DNA from: an uncultured bacterium
GTDB taxonomy: Bacteria > Hinthialibacterota > Hinthialibacteria > Hinthialibacterales > Hinthialibacteraceae
Assembly: GCA_964419335.1 (NCBI GenBank)
Contig: CAYQOX010000024.1
Location: 1,162-65,161, forward strand
Direction of reading: 5' to 3'
Length of the DNA stretch: 64,000 nt
Shown: positions 28,467 through 39,800 of the stretch, piece by piece
Numbering within the stretch: the stretch's first letter is position 1
Layout: each line of letters starts with the position of its first letter
Position numbers and translations under genes: made by a program
The notes under the pieces: generated by a model
Told to the model about the DNA's origin: nothing
The model's database searches: none
What the model saw: only the letters and a program-made list of their open reading frames with translations

Positions 28467-30089
28467 CTAATCTCGCTTCTCCAGCCAAGCGATCCAGTCC
28501 TTGACTCCCGTTCTCGCAACCTCCGGAGTAGGGTTCTCCAAGGTATAGGCTCCCTCAACCGTTATCTGCTTCCCTTCAACCCACCTCCCCCTGCGCGGAT
28601 TAAACCACCTTAGTTGATAATCCCCCGCAGGCAGTTCCACTTCCTGCTTAAATCCATCGATCCGCGGGTTATCACTGCGTACATCTTCCCCATCCGGATT
28701 CGGCAAATAAATAATATAATTTTGCTCATCATGAATACACTTCGCCCGCTTAGGCTCGCCTCCTACCCGCTCATCCGCGGGTCTCATCCCTGCCAATGTA
28801 AGGTTGCTCTCCTCAAAGAACGTGTGTATATGCTTAAAATCATGCGCTCCCTGAGATAACACCCCCTTGCGATTGGCGTCGTAGTACCCCTGCACGCCTC
28901 GCACCAGCCCACCGTCATAGGCTTCATAAGTCCTTAACCCACCATACGTTGCATGACCTCCCGAGAGTAAGTTCGCCCACATCAAGCGCCGGAAATAATA
29001 ACGCGCATTGGCCGGATCGCGATACATTTCATATCGGTCTTCATCCAGCACCACCGGATCATTCCCCTTTTCCCGATACTCCAAAACCAACTCCCCCGCC
29101 GCCTCATCAATATCCTCTAGCGTAATCATGTCAGACCAGGACGCATCCACAAAAGAATACCCCGCAAACCGGTTTTGCTGATTGGTAATAAGCGTCCCCC
29201 AGGGCTCGCGTTTCTTCATATCCATGCCAATTTGATCAATCACGTGCCGGCTAATTTCACGTCCGCTTAATTGACTTAAATCTTCTTCCTCCACTATTTC
29301 ACGATCATTGGAAATTTCCCAGTAGATATTCGGGAAAGACGACCAGCGGGCTTGCGCATAACCGGCAATAAACTGCGATAGCCGATCCCCTTGCCCATAA
29401 CGAATCAACTCTTGCGTATCTTCCGCATAAGGAATCAACTGCACTAGGATATGGGGATAATGCTCCAAACAATAAAGCAAACGTTTTTCGATTTCTTGCC
29501 AATAATTTAAAACCAACCTTTCCCGCTCCGGCGTATATAACGCTTCCACCGTACTTCGGGATTGCGCAAACCAGGTACGTATTTTCGTAAATCCGGCTTC
29601 CGCGGCTTGATCGATATATTCTTGCCACTTTGGCTCCGACTGCACCACAAACCGATATCCGGTATCCCCAATATGCAAAAACCACTCTCCGTTATCATAC
29701 GCAAATTGCCGGGAATCCTCGGGATGAATGCGTAACTTCCCAGGCAGTTCCGATGGAATCACCTCAAACGTACCCCGGATACCCTCCAAAGCCTCGAGAT
29801 TAGATCGAACTTCATAATTCCAAGTCCCTTGCGTATCACAATACGCCCGCGCTTTATACGTCCGGTACCCGTCATAAAAACCCTCAGCGGTAGTTTTCGT
29901 ACCATCAGGACGCGTAAATTCCACCTGAAAGTGGAGATCAAGATAAGGATCGTCGATGCCACGGTTTGTTTGGACCTTGATCTCATACACCCCGCGATGC
30001 AAGGCTTTATCGCCATGATAAATCATCTCTTCGGCTTTCACTGAAACGCTTACAAGGAATAAAAGCATAAACATAATCGTTTGTTTCAT
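28467..30089 (-). CDS. secreted glycoside hydrolase-like protein (DUF5060 Ig-like N-domain + DUF4038 cellulase-like TIM barrel; GH140-like architecture)
   Basis: Signal peptide; domain-level resemblance only (YDNGEWFLHIGDTGYRF..., TKIRTWF...). Confidence 0.45.
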   Translation of the reverse strand: MKQTIMFMLLFLVSVSVKAEEMIYHGDKALHRGVYEIKVQTNRGIDDPYLDLHFQVEFTRPDGTKTTAEGFYDGYRTYKARAYCDTQGTWNYEVRSNLEALEGIRGTFEVIPSELPGKLRIHPEDSRQFAYDNGEWFLHIGDTGYRFVVQSEPKWQEYIDQAAEAGFTKIRTWFAQSRSTVEALYTPERERLVLNYWQEIEKRLLYCLEHYPHILVQLIPYAEDTQELIRYGQGDRLSQFIAGYAQARWSSFPNIYWEISNDREIVEEEDLSQLSGREISRHVIDQIGMDMKKREPWGTLITNQQNRFAGYSFVDASWSDMITLEDIDEAAGELVLEYREKGNDPVVLDEDRYEMYRDPANARYYFRRLMWANLLSGGHATYGGLRTYEAYDGGLVRGVQGYYDANRKGVLSQGAHDFKHIHTFFEESNLTLAGMRPADERVGGEPKRAKCIHDEQNYIIYLPNPDGEDVRSDNPRIDGFKQEVELPAGDYQLRWFNPRRGRWVEGKQITVEGAYTLENPTPEVARTGVKDWIAWLEKRD

Positions 30090-30127
30090 TTTTCTTGTTC
30101 CTTCGAAGTATTAGATTCTCTTTGTGG

Positions 30128-30167
30128 GGTCATCCTGTATTTGAGTCCTTTTTGATACATTGAAAAC
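30128..30167 (+). mobile_element. MITE copy 8, ~40-bp 5' terminal stub upstream of the start codon (30089) of the minus-strand GH gene
   Basis: ggtcatcctgtatttgagtcctttttgatacattgaaaac then unrelated sequence. Confidence 0.6.
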
Positions 30168-30336
30168 AATACCTTCATATGACTTAGACAATATCCAAAC
30201 ATTAAGATATCTTATAATAATAGTGTATTTTTTCATGAAGGGGGACAGGTCACTTTTTAACCTCTTCTCCACCTAGCCAAACAAAATCAACTCGGGATAT
30301 ACTATCCGAGAAATTCATACGCGAAATTTTCATGGA

Positions 30337-30681
30337 GTGAAGATCTTGTCTGAACGTTTTCAATTTGATATGAATTCATCCTTATACGTTTCAGTCGCCG
30401 GTTCCTTAGATGCGACCTCCTCCGGCGATTTTGAAACGAACCTGATGGGAAAAATCGAAGAAAAAGAAAAACCCATGATTGTCTTAGACCTACAACAATT
30501 GGAGTTTATCAATAGTCTGGGATTAGCATCGATCGTCAAAGTCTGGAAAGAAGTTAGAGCCGATAATGGCTCCTTACGCATTCTCGTAACCGAAAAAATT
30601 GCTAAAATCTTTCAAGTCGCCAATCTTGATACGATTATCGATATGTATGTTTTACGGAGTTTACCCCAAAAATCCTCTTGA
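30337..30681 (+). CDS. STAS-domain protein (anti-sigma-factor antagonist SpoIIAA-like)
   Basis: SLYVSVAGSLDATSSGDFE...MIVLDLQQLEFINSLGLASIVKV...LRILV pattern; GTG start inferred. Confidence 0.6.
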   Translation: MKILSERFQFDMNSSLYVSVAGSLDATSSGDFETNLMGKIEEKEKPMIVLDLQQLEFINSLGLASIVKVWKEVRADNGSLRILVTEKIAKIFQVANLDTIIDMYVLRSLPQKSS

Positions 30682-32639
30682 CAATATATACAATGCTGCC
30701 TTCTGAACAATCCAAAACCCTTTCCTTGCCCGGCACCCAATTCTCCTTCATGGTGGTTTGGTGGCTGTGTTTTCTCCTCTACCCCAATTGGTATCTTCCC
30801 GGGTTAGAAAAATCGCGCCTTCTGGTATGCGCCGCTATCTTCGCCCTCTTTGTTTTTCAATGTTTTTTGTTCCGTTGGCTGGCCGATTATGCCCGCGATG
30901 AGCCTCCCCAGCAAGCGCAGCCTTTGCAAGACCGCTTCTTTTTCGCTACTCTGTTTTCCCTCAATTTCATCTTACATCTCCCGTTTCTCCCAAAACCCAT
31001 CCTCGCCGGCTTGGATACGATCGATCATGCTGCGGTTCCTGCTCTTGTGGCCAACTCGATCGTAACCTCACTCTCAGAGGCCGTCGGTTTTTCTCTCCGC
31101 CCTTTGTTCTTACTTCTTGCCATTGTTTTACTCTTTTTGGCTTTTTACCCCCCTTTCGTGCGCTCTCTCTGGCAGCGCCTGCGAACCCTCATAAACCTCG
31201 CGATCCAACATTGGCTTTATACTTTTCTGATTCTCTTTCTCTTCACCATGGGCTACGCTTTCTTATTAGTCTGGACAGCCTATCCCCAACAATTCGGCGA
31301 TCTATCCACCCTCTTTCGCTACCAACCGATCTCCAAGATGATTCTCATCCCGGTATATATCCTTTTTGGCCTAAGAGAATTCCTCGGCCGCTTTATCCAA
31401 TTAATGTTCTTTTACGCTGGAGCCGTCTATTTATATAAATTAACCGCCCTTTATGGCGGGAGAGAAGCCTCCCGCGTGGCATGCATCCTCTACTTATTTC
31501 TTCCCCCCATTTTTCACTATGGAAATACTCACATGATCGAGGGCGGAACCTTATTTTTTATCCTCGCTTCTTACTTTCATTATGTGCGCTACATGGAAAC
31601 CAAGCGCTATTCCGATTTAATTATCGGCACCCTATGGACCGTCATGGGATGTCTTTACAAACATCCTGCGGTTAGTCTCATCCCCGGTTTAGCCCTAATG
31701 ACCGCCTATGATTTCCTCTTCCCCCGCAAAGGGCAAGTGCGTCGTTTTCCTTTGCCTGAAATTCTTTCCTGCACGATTTCCAGTCTCACTTTCTTACTCT
31801 ATATGAAACTCTCCGCATACAATCAAGAAGTCCCCTCCAGCATGCATTTCCCCACCTTAGAACGCATGTTGACCAATCTCTCTGCCTTGACCCAGGGGGT
31901 AACCTGGCCTATCGCCTTGCTTTTCCTGGCCGGTTTGATCTTTCTACTCGCGCGAAACCATCGACGCATTTTTATACTGATTATGTGTTGGGTTGGCGCT
32001 CATTTTGTACTTACCGTTATGTCCGCCACCTTCGCCAATGTCCGCCAGGCGCTCCCCTATTACCTGGGCTTAATCGTCCCTGCCGCGCTCTTTTTGGAAT
32101 GGCTGGGAATTTTTTCTCTAGGATTACGCAAAGCCCTCATCTATGGGGTCTTACCCCTCTTTCTCTTATGGACATGCTTGTTCATGGATCGTGAGCAGCT
32201 GGATCCAAAAACCCAACGCGCCATGGGCGACCGCTCCTACATCACCTTCACCAACTGGGAAGAATCGTACCTTCCTTATGACGAAGCCATGCGCACGCTT
32301 AAAAACCTCGCCCAACCTGGGGATATTGTCTATGCTCCCATGGCCAACGAACCGGTGCATTTTTATTTACAAAAACATGATGTAAATCACATTCAATACA
32401 TCCGCCAAATCTGGGAACCTGACATCGAAAAACAATCGCTTGAATCTTTCCTGGAATACGTCGATACCCTCCAAGCAGATTGGGTTCTCATTCCCATGGG
32501 ACGCTGGCTGCTTAGCTATGTTGATCTTAATTTAATTCACGACCTGGAAGAAAGCCCCCCTGAAGGGTGGGAGGTTGCCCGCGAATTTACCTACGGCAAG
32601 GAACGAATGCGGCTGTGGCGAGTTAATCAGCCAAAGTAA
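30678..32639 (+). CDS. polytopic membrane protein, GT-C-superfamily glycosyltransferase-like (ArnT/PMT-like) with C-terminal soluble domain
   Basis: ~12 predicted hydrophobic segments over 500 aa followed by a ~150-aa hydrophilic C-domain; 4-nt overlap with STAS gene. Confidence 0.4.
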   Translation: MTIYTMLPSEQSKTLSLPGTQFSFMVVWWLCFLLYPNWYLPGLEKSRLLVCAAIFALFVFQCFLFRWLADYARDEPPQQAQPLQDRFFFATLFSLNFILHLPFLPKPILAGLDTIDHAAVPALVANSIVTSLSEAVGFSLRPLFLLLAIVLLFLAFYPPFVRSLWQRLRTLINLAIQHWLYTFLILFLFTMGYAFLLVWTAYPQQFGDLSTLFRYQPISKMILIPVYILFGLREFLGRFIQLMFFYAGAVYLYKLTALYGGREASRVACILYLFLPPIFHYGNTHMIEGGTLFFILASYFHYVRYMETKRYSDLIIGTLWTVMGCLYKHPAVSLIPGLALMTAYDFLFPRKGQVRRFPLPEILSCTISSLTFLLYMKLSAYNQEVPSSMHFPTLERMLTNLSALTQGVTWPIALLFLAGLIFLLARNHRRIFILIMCWVGAHFVLTVMSATFANVRQALPYYLGLIVPAALFLEWLGIFSLGLRKALIYGVLPLFLLWTCLFMDREQLDPKTQRAMGDRSYITFTNWEESYLPYDEAMRTLKNLAQPGDIVYAPMANEPVHFYLQKHDVNHIQYIRQIWEPDIEKQSLESFLEYVDTLQADWVLIPMGRWLLSYVDLNLIHDLEESPPEGWEVAREFTYGKERMRLWRVNQPK

Positions 32640-32764
32640 TCCTCTTCTTCACCCTCCTTATAAACTCGTTGTAGTTTTGGAATCAAAGGCGGTCGTTCTT
32701 CTTCAATGACCTGCCAAAAAAGATTCACCGCCGGCTCGTTGGTTTTCTCTGCTCCTGTAACCGC

Positions 32765-33544
32765 TTACTTTCCCTTTCGCACATGCATCCCCCCATGACG
32801 AAGTGGGGAAGGTTTCTCTTTCTCTCCCGCGCTCAGAGGAGGCATCTCCGCCGAGGAGATGGTCATCCGGGCATTCAGTTTCTCTTCTTCCTCACAGGTC
32901 TCACACATCGTCTTAGGAGCATCGATTTCATCTCCGCATTTCGAACAGAGAGATTTCCCCCGGTCGATTTTGATTTTCCCTTCGCGCTCTAATTCGTTAA
33001 TCATTTGATGAATCACCTTACGCGCATCTAATTCCGCGCTCGGAATAGAATAAAAATTCATAACCGTCTCGCGGGTTTCCTCATCAACCGGCTCTTTAAA
33101 GGTGCGCAAGAACTCATACATCTGATCGCGTACCATACTATAAATCTCATCATGCATGAGTTTTAACGGCGGGAAATCTTTATCCTTACGTAACTCTTTT
33201 ACCATGGTATACGCCACCAAATGCGCAAACCAAACGCCCTCCGTCTTGAGCAATTTATTGAATTTACGAATACGTTTCGCCAACGTAAACGGAAATTCAT
33301 CCAGGAGTTCGGATATCGCCACTTCCCGTGGTTTACGATACGCTTCTTTATCCGTTGCCGCGTTAGAAACATTCCCTTTCTTAATCAACATCTCTCGGCA
33401 GACATGATATACCGCATTATCCATATGGCTATAACACGATTTACAAAACCCATTATCGAGCATTTGCCCACAAAAGGGACACCCTTCCTCTTCCAAGGCA
33501 ATATCAAGGATTGACCAAAGATCGTTGGAATTCTTTTTAAGCAT
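32765..33544 (-). CDS. hypothetical protein with N- and C-terminal CxxC...CxxC zinc-ribbon motifs
   Basis: CPFCGQ...CKSCY at the N-terminus; CSKCGDE...CETCEEE at the C-terminus; no recognisable family. Confidence 0.5.
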   Translation of the reverse strand: MLKKNSNDLWSILDIALEEEGCPFCGQMLDNGFCKSCYSHMDNAVYHVCREMLIKKGNVSNAATDKEAYRKPREVAISELLDEFPFTLAKRIRKFNKLLKTEGVWFAHLVAYTMVKELRKDKDFPPLKLMHDEIYSMVRDQMYEFLRTFKEPVDEETRETVMNFYSIPSAELDARKVIHQMINELEREGKIKIDRGKSLCSKCGDEIDAPKTMCETCEEEEKLNARMTISSAEMPPLSAGEKEKPSPLRHGGMHVRKGK

Positions 33545-33889
33545 GATTTTTTACCGGTTTCAGCTTTCAGCGAGTTACAATAATTTTATAGAGATTCCTC
33601 ATCGAATTCGTCATGATTTTACTATTTTTCCCCAAAGAGGAAAAGATGAGTCTATAATGAATCGAAAGGATTTTCTACACATTTTACACGTATTAAAACA
33701 AGGAAGAATTAGCCAAATCGTGAATTCATCCGATACGTATTGTGCTCTTCGTTTGAGAAGAAATAACAAGAAAAAACAATCAAGACGACAAACGCCATGA
33801 CAAGATTTTACAAAATGATCATGCGATTGCTTTCGTTTTATATACACTGAAAAATGTAGGTAGGAGGGAAAAACCGGAAGAGGTGATGT

Positions 33890-34888
33890 ATGAATACCAA
33901 GGTTTTACCCTACAATCGGTCCAGAGAACAGGAACACGAGATCGTCCTTTTCTATGTCGAGCGGATTCTCGACATATTTAATGAGGGGTGTGTTGCCCTC
34001 GCTCATAAAATCTATAACGAGTATAGGGATGAATGTAAAAGCATTCTTTCCAAAGAAAATGTGGCTTATTTAAAACAGAAAATGGAACAACCCGACGATT
34101 GGTCGGATGAAAAACAAAATACTTTTGTCGAACGGATCGAAAATGCCCGCTCCTTCGGCGAATATCAGTCCGTCCATGATATGTGTCATGAAATCCTTCT
34201 GCATCACAATCACCGGGCTGACCGTTGTCCCACGCATGAGATTTGCTACAAGATTCAAGATATCTTAGCAAGAAATAACATGCACTATCTTGAACCCAAT
34301 GAAGTGAATATCAACACGTTTTTGAACGCTTCTATCGAATTTGTGGTGGATCGCCGCCGTTCTAGCAGCCAGGATAATAAAACCCTGGAAGGCAATCCCG
34401 GGTTTTACCTATCCGATGCACTTGGCCAGCGCTATCGCTGCTTTGTGAAACAAGTTGGCCATGTGGAAGTCGGTACCGAGGTCAAAGTAAAAATCACCAA
34501 TATCCCAGGACCGGCTTTAAACAATGGGAAAAAGTGGGAACCCATTGTTTACGTGGAACCTCGGGTTTCTCCCGGTGACCTGATTGAAATCGAATTGAGC
34601 AGCCTCTCCCATACGGGCAATAGCTTCACCTTCAGGCACCATAGCTACGACGGCTTCCTCTGGTTCAAAAGGCGCGGGGTTAACAAAGAAATATTTAACC
34701 AAAATACGCTTCATCCCAAAGATCGCATCTTAGCCAAAGTTCTCTATACCACCGATGAGATGAAGCGGGGTAGCAGCGGCAAGGTCAACCGCTTGGGAAT
34801 TATTAAAGCTATTCCCATGAAACGCTTGGGCGAGGAACAAGCCCGTGAGGATGATCAAGATATGTCCGCTGCCAGATTTCTAGGCTAA
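33890..34888 (+). CDS. hypothetical protein (Cys/His-rich N-half, two beta-rich TRAM/S1-like segments in C-half)
   Basis: Open frame of 332 aa with GGAGGG RBS; no recognisable family. Confidence 0.45.
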   Translation: MNTKVLPYNRSREQEHEIVLFYVERILDIFNEGCVALAHKIYNEYRDECKSILSKENVAYLKQKMEQPDDWSDEKQNTFVERIENARSFGEYQSVHDMCHEILLHHNHRADRCPTHEICYKIQDILARNNMHYLEPNEVNINTFLNASIEFVVDRRRSSSQDNKTLEGNPGFYLSDALGQRYRCFVKQVGHVEVGTEVKVKITNIPGPALNNGKKWEPIVYVEPRVSPGDLIEIELSSLSHTGNSFTFRHHSYDGFLWFKRRGVNKEIFNQNTLHPKDRILAKVLYTTDEMKRGSSGKVNRLGIIKAIPMKRLGEEQAREDDQDMSAARFLG

Positions 34889-36752
34889 GCAGTATCCATA
34901 ACTGATTATTATTGTCTCGCTTCCCGTCTTGATGATCCATCATAATCTGTCGGACGCGCCGGGGGTCAAATAACCCCCGGCGCTTTGTTGTCTCTTCAGA
35001 ACAGACATCCTCAATCACATCCCGCAACTCATGCCGAAACCATTCCCCCACCGGCACATCGAAGCCGTGCTTTCGCCGATGAACGATCGATTTTGGTAAT
35101 TTATTCTTAAACGCTTCTTTTAAAATCCATTTCGAGCTCTTTCCCCGCAATTTCACCACATCGGGCAGGGAAAAAGCAAATTCTACCAAGGTATGGTCGA
35201 GAAATGGCACCCGCACTTCTAACGAATGGAGCATCGACATCCGGTCGACTTTGCATAACATATCCGCTGGTAAATTATGCCGCAAATCCACCCACAACAT
35301 GCGCGTCAGCTCATCCACGTTTTTCAATTCATTAAATAAACGCTGGCGATAACGACGGGGCGCGTCGAAATCGATCTGCCGTAACACCTCGGACTGAAAT
35401 AACGACTCCCGGGTCTGATCCTCAAAATGAATCGCCCAGCCTAAATTTCGTTCAAAAGCGCTGGGATCAAAGCCGCGGAAAAATTTCTTCACCTGGCGCG
35501 ACATATCCATCCAATACCCCGAACGGGATTCAGGTAAATTCTTTTCGACTCTTTTTGTCATAAAACGCATGGCATGATCGGGAACCCAAGAGAAAAATTT
35601 TCGGAAATATTCGCCTTGGTATTTTCGATATCCCGCAAACACTTCATCCCCTCCATCGCCGGAAAGGACTACTTTTACATGTTCTGCCGCCAATTTAGAA
35701 ACAAAGTAAAGCGGGAGACAAGAGGAATCCGCCAAGGGATCATCCAACTGCCAGGTAATGTCGTCCAATGCTTTCAATAGATCATTGGGTTTCAACTTTT
35801 GTTGATAATGATCGGTTTGATAAAGACGGGCGACTTCTTCCGCATGAGGCGTTTCATCAAAGAGTTTGTGCCCTTCGAATCCAATCGCAAAGGTCTTGAA
35901 TCCTGGTCCCAGAAACTCATGCATCAACGCCACCAGGACGCTGGAATCAATCCCACCCGAAAGAAAAGCACCCACCGGGACATCAGAAAGCATATGCTCG
36001 CGTACAGTCAAACGCATACGGTCTTGTAATTCTTCCACCATTTCATTTACGGGACGCGCGCGGTTTTGCTGGATCGTTTCTGCGGGATCCCAATACGTGC
36101 GGTAGCGGGTTTTCCCTTCCTGCAAAATGAGCATTTCTCCCGGCATGAGTTGATAAATATTACGAAACATCGTATGAGGCGCAGGCGCCGATAAAAAACC
36201 AAGAAAGAAATTTAACGCTCGTAAATCAATCGCCCGGGGAACATCGGGATCGCATAGTATGGATTTTATTTCCGACCCAAAACGCAACCCGGATTGATCG
36301 AGCTGATAATACAAAGGCTTAATCCCCAATCGATCCCGGCTCAGGATCAACTTCTGCTCGTTTCGATCCCACAAAGCCACCGCAAACATACCCCGGGTTT
36401 TTTCCAAAAACCTCTCTCCATATTCGCGGTATAAATGAAGAAAGGTTTCCGTATCGGACTGTGTCCGGTAGGTGTATCCTTTCCCCTGCAATTCTTTCTT
36501 GAGTTCCGGATGATTATAGAGCTCCCCGTTGTATACAATCCAAAGCGCCCCATCCTCGCTACACATGGGCATATGCCCATCTCCAAGCCCGACAATCGAA
36601 AGACGACGTGATCCCAATCCTACCGAGCCTTCTATATGATGACCTTCATCATCCGGCCCGCGATGTTGAATGATATTGGTCATCGCTTGCAGCAAAGCAG
36701 GATCGACCTCGTGTTGTTTGTCAAAATAACAGATTCCACAAATTCCACACAT
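34809..36752 (-). CDS. asnB: asparagine synthetase B (glutamine-hydrolysing) family amidotransferase
   Basis: MCGICGI N-terminal Cys nucleophile; SGGIDSS PP-loop; full AsnB-like length; 3' end overlaps convergent gene by 80 nt. Confidence 0.8.
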   Translation of the reverse strand: MCGICGICYFDKQHEVDPALLQAMTNIIQHRGPDDEGHHIEGSVGLGSRRLSIVGLGDGHMPMCSEDGALWIVYNGELYNHPELKKELQGKGYTYRTQSDTETFLHLYREYGERFLEKTRGMFAVALWDRNEQKLILSRDRLGIKPLYYQLDQSGLRFGSEIKSILCDPDVPRAIDLRALNFFLGFLSAPAPHTMFRNIYQLMPGEMLILQEGKTRYRTYWDPAETIQQNRARPVNEMVEELQDRMRLTVREHMLSDVPVGAFLSGGIDSSVLVALMHEFLGPGFKTFAIGFEGHKLFDETPHAEEVARLYQTDHYQQKLKPNDLLKALDDITWQLDDPLADSSCLPLYFVSKLAAEHVKVVLSGDGGDEVFAGYRKYQGEYFRKFFSWVPDHAMRFMTKRVEKNLPESRSGYWMDMSRQVKKFFRGFDPSAFERNLGWAIHFEDQTRESLFQSEVLRQIDFDAPRRYRQRLFNELKNVDELTRMLWVDLRHNLPADMLCKVDRMSMLHSLEVRVPFLDHTLVEFAFSLPDVVKLRGKSSKWILKEAFKNKLPKSIVHRRKHGFDVPVGEWFRHELRDVIEDVCSEETTKRRGLFDPRRVRQIMMDHQDGKRDNNNQLWILLSLEIWQRTYLDHPHGLVPRPSVSWE

Positions 36753-36816
36753 AATTGTTTTCCCTGAGGCTAAAATTCACACAGTCCAAAGTTTCATTCT
36801 ATAGGTTTTCCTTGAC

Positions 36817-39800
36817 CTATTCAGTTTCAATTACGAATGCTTCCTTCTCATTTTTATGTTTTACATGAATCAATAAAGCCTTATGTTCAGAATCGTATTT
36901 CCACCCATAATCCTGTTCAAAGAGTGAATCTCGTTGCGGTAGGGATGGCTGATTGTTGAGCACACGTTTGGGCGCCTTTTCCATCGGCGCAATCAGAATT
37001 TCCGTAAGCCGGCCTTCTTTCGATTCTACCTTGAAAACAATCTCGCCATCTTTTGCCTTCACGTCATTGATATCTGCATTCGCGCTAATGCGGGTAGCCT
37101 CGGGGGTTCGCTCTTCGACAAACGCCGTGCGAATATTGAAACTGTTTCCCTTTAACGCATGCAGGTTGGTCATGATATTCTCAGGATTGATATACGCACC
37201 GTGCGCGGTGAGAAAGTAATCCCCATAACTATCAGGCAAAGTCCCCACATAGGGGCCTTCGGTCAATAGTTGATACAAGGCGCTGGTGGTAATCCCTTCT
37301 GCCAGTTTACGCCAGTCGTGGCTCTCGTCGAACACCGCGAGTTCCTGTAAAGCATACGCATAAACCAATCCGCACCATTGCACCGGTACCCCGCGCCACG
37401 TGTGGGTAAAGAAAGTCGCCCCAAAAATCGGAATCGTGGCATACATTTGCAAAGGACGCTCTTGGAGATACCACAGATAATGAAACCCAATCCCGGTGCG
37501 CGCCCAATAGCGGGCATAATCGAGGTAGGCCGGCTCCCCGGTAATGCGGTAAGCGTCCAGATTGGCACGCGCGGCCTGAGCGGATACCATAATATCCGCC
37601 GAAGCCAGAGGACACTCCCACCCCTGGGCCCCGCGCGGCACGCTTCTACGGTTAAGCGCTTCCAGGCTCTTTAAACCGGTTTGCGTAGCAACCGGATCGG
37701 CGGTGATGCGGGCCAGGCGCATAAGCCGCATGGCGGTGGGCGAGATGGTGCCCGACACCACCTCGCCTTCTTCGCCCAAGCCTTCTTGCTGTTCCCGATA
37801 GATATGGAATCCCCAGCTGCCATCTTCGTTTTGGTTTTGCTTATGGCGTTGGGCTTCTTCATGCCATGAGGATAGCCAAAAATCACTCACTCCCCAAAAA
37901 AACGCCGGTTCGAAGGTCATCACATGACATCCCGCGCTGTTGCCCAATCCTTTCGCCCCATAGCGATCAAGAATCGTCTCATACACGGTTTGGATTCGGT
38001 TATCCAGTTCCTCGTTGGGCGGAGTTACTGCTAAGAATTGATCCATTTTCAATAACGCCAACATTCCCCCGGATGGATACGGCGACCATCCCACACAGTG
38101 TCCCCAGCCTTTCTCTTCTTCATCCCAACAAGTGGTCATATAGGCTTCGCGGCTCATCTCAATCGATTCTCGGTAGGAGCGTGGCTCTGGCAAAGGGTCA
38201 GGAAGTGACCCTTCATGATAAAACGCATTCCAAGCATCCACCGCATCGTTGGGATCATTGCTTTCTGTTATGTAAATAAAACTTTCAAGCACCATCGCTT
38301 CGTCTTTCTCTAATGCGAAGGGCTTGTAAGCGATTTCCTGATTCTCCCGGACATAATCGGGCACGCTTGGAGCGAATAAGCCCAAGAGATGATTCTCCTG
38401 CTTTTCTAAACGATTAGGAACCGCGAATTTTGGCGAGGGATTATGATAACCTTCCGCCCAAGACGCATTGGGTGGCCACATCATCGAGATCAGCCGGTGA
38501 TCATAAGTCAGCGCCATAAGGGGAATCGTCACTTTATAGGGATGGGGCATATAGTGATCTCGTACTGGCGGATGGGCGGCTTCGGTGCTGGATGAAACCG
38601 CGGCTGTATCAAGATATTCCACCCCGGGAAAGATCGCCAAGTCCTTTTCACGTCCAAAACTTTTTTCCCCGATATAGAGCTCAGGTCCGGAAAAGTGCAA
38701 GACCTCCGCCGGGTGATCGCAGGCAATGGAGGAGTGGATACTCAAGGCCGACTTGGGGGAGTCGTGCCGCACCAGGTCTTGCGAAAAACTCCACGTTCGA
38801 CCATCGCGGTCCTCGATGCGTGAGCGGAGATGATAGGAGCCCTCGGTTTTCTTGTGCAGTTTTGGTGTAATGGGCAGCCATTGCTCGGTCCCATCTTCAC
38901 ACTGCACCACAAGTTTTCCCGCCCGGGGAATCCAAGCCAGATCGTTCCAATCATCCTCTTGTTTGATTTGCAGGCGAATGGGGCCAATTTCATCTTCGAT
39001 GGCATAGAATTGGGCTTGCCAGTCGCGGGCTTCCAGGGTGGCACGGGGTTTATCGAGTTTAGAAATTTGTACTAAGGTTGTGAGCCTTCTCTGCGTTGTT
39101 TCTGCTTTATCTTTTTTGGATTTTTCCTCCCATTCCAATTGCACCGGAAACAGGCCTTCTTCTCGCCCTGGAATCTCCCATCGCAGGGATTGTTCGCTTT
39201 CAGCCTCGAGCGTGATGGTTTTTAATGATTCCTCAACGGAGATTGAGGGAGAAAGAATCTTTAACTCAACGACCCCCTTTGCATCTCCCTGATTTCTAAC
39301 CGTAGCGTTTAATTTGACCGTTTCCCCGAGTGATACGAAAGGAGCCTGGGGATTAAACGGACCCACGTTTATATCCGCTCCTCCAAAGTTGAAAATATGG
39401 AAATGACGCAGGATTACCTCGCCCTGAGTATTCAATGGATCTAACCGCAAGCGCTTGATGGTGCCGTCCCAGCGCTCATGGCTTTTCAGGCGCAAAGTAT
39501 ACGTATGAAACTCTCCATCCACTTCGACCATGAAGCGCTTACTTTGATCTTCTGTGATAGCCGGTGATTGTTCGCTGCTCCAAAACAATTGCGCTTGAGA
39601 GCCTGCCGTGACTTTCATCTCCATTTGGATGACCGAGTATTGATTCGCGGAAAAATCCAGCGGGTTTGTGAGGATGTATGGATCCGATCCCGTACAAACG
39701 ATCTTGATTCCCTGATCGGTATCCGTCAGCGGTTTGACATCATGGGTGGGCTGCCAGTCCGCGGCTTGATTAAGGTTGGCCAATTCTTTTTGTTCAGGAT

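Noticed and set aside
32700-34900. Calling 32.7-34.9 kb a horizontally acquired genomic island
   Set aside because: AT-richness is modest and there are no flanking tRNA, integrase or direct repeats. Kept only as a low-confidence remark within a finding.
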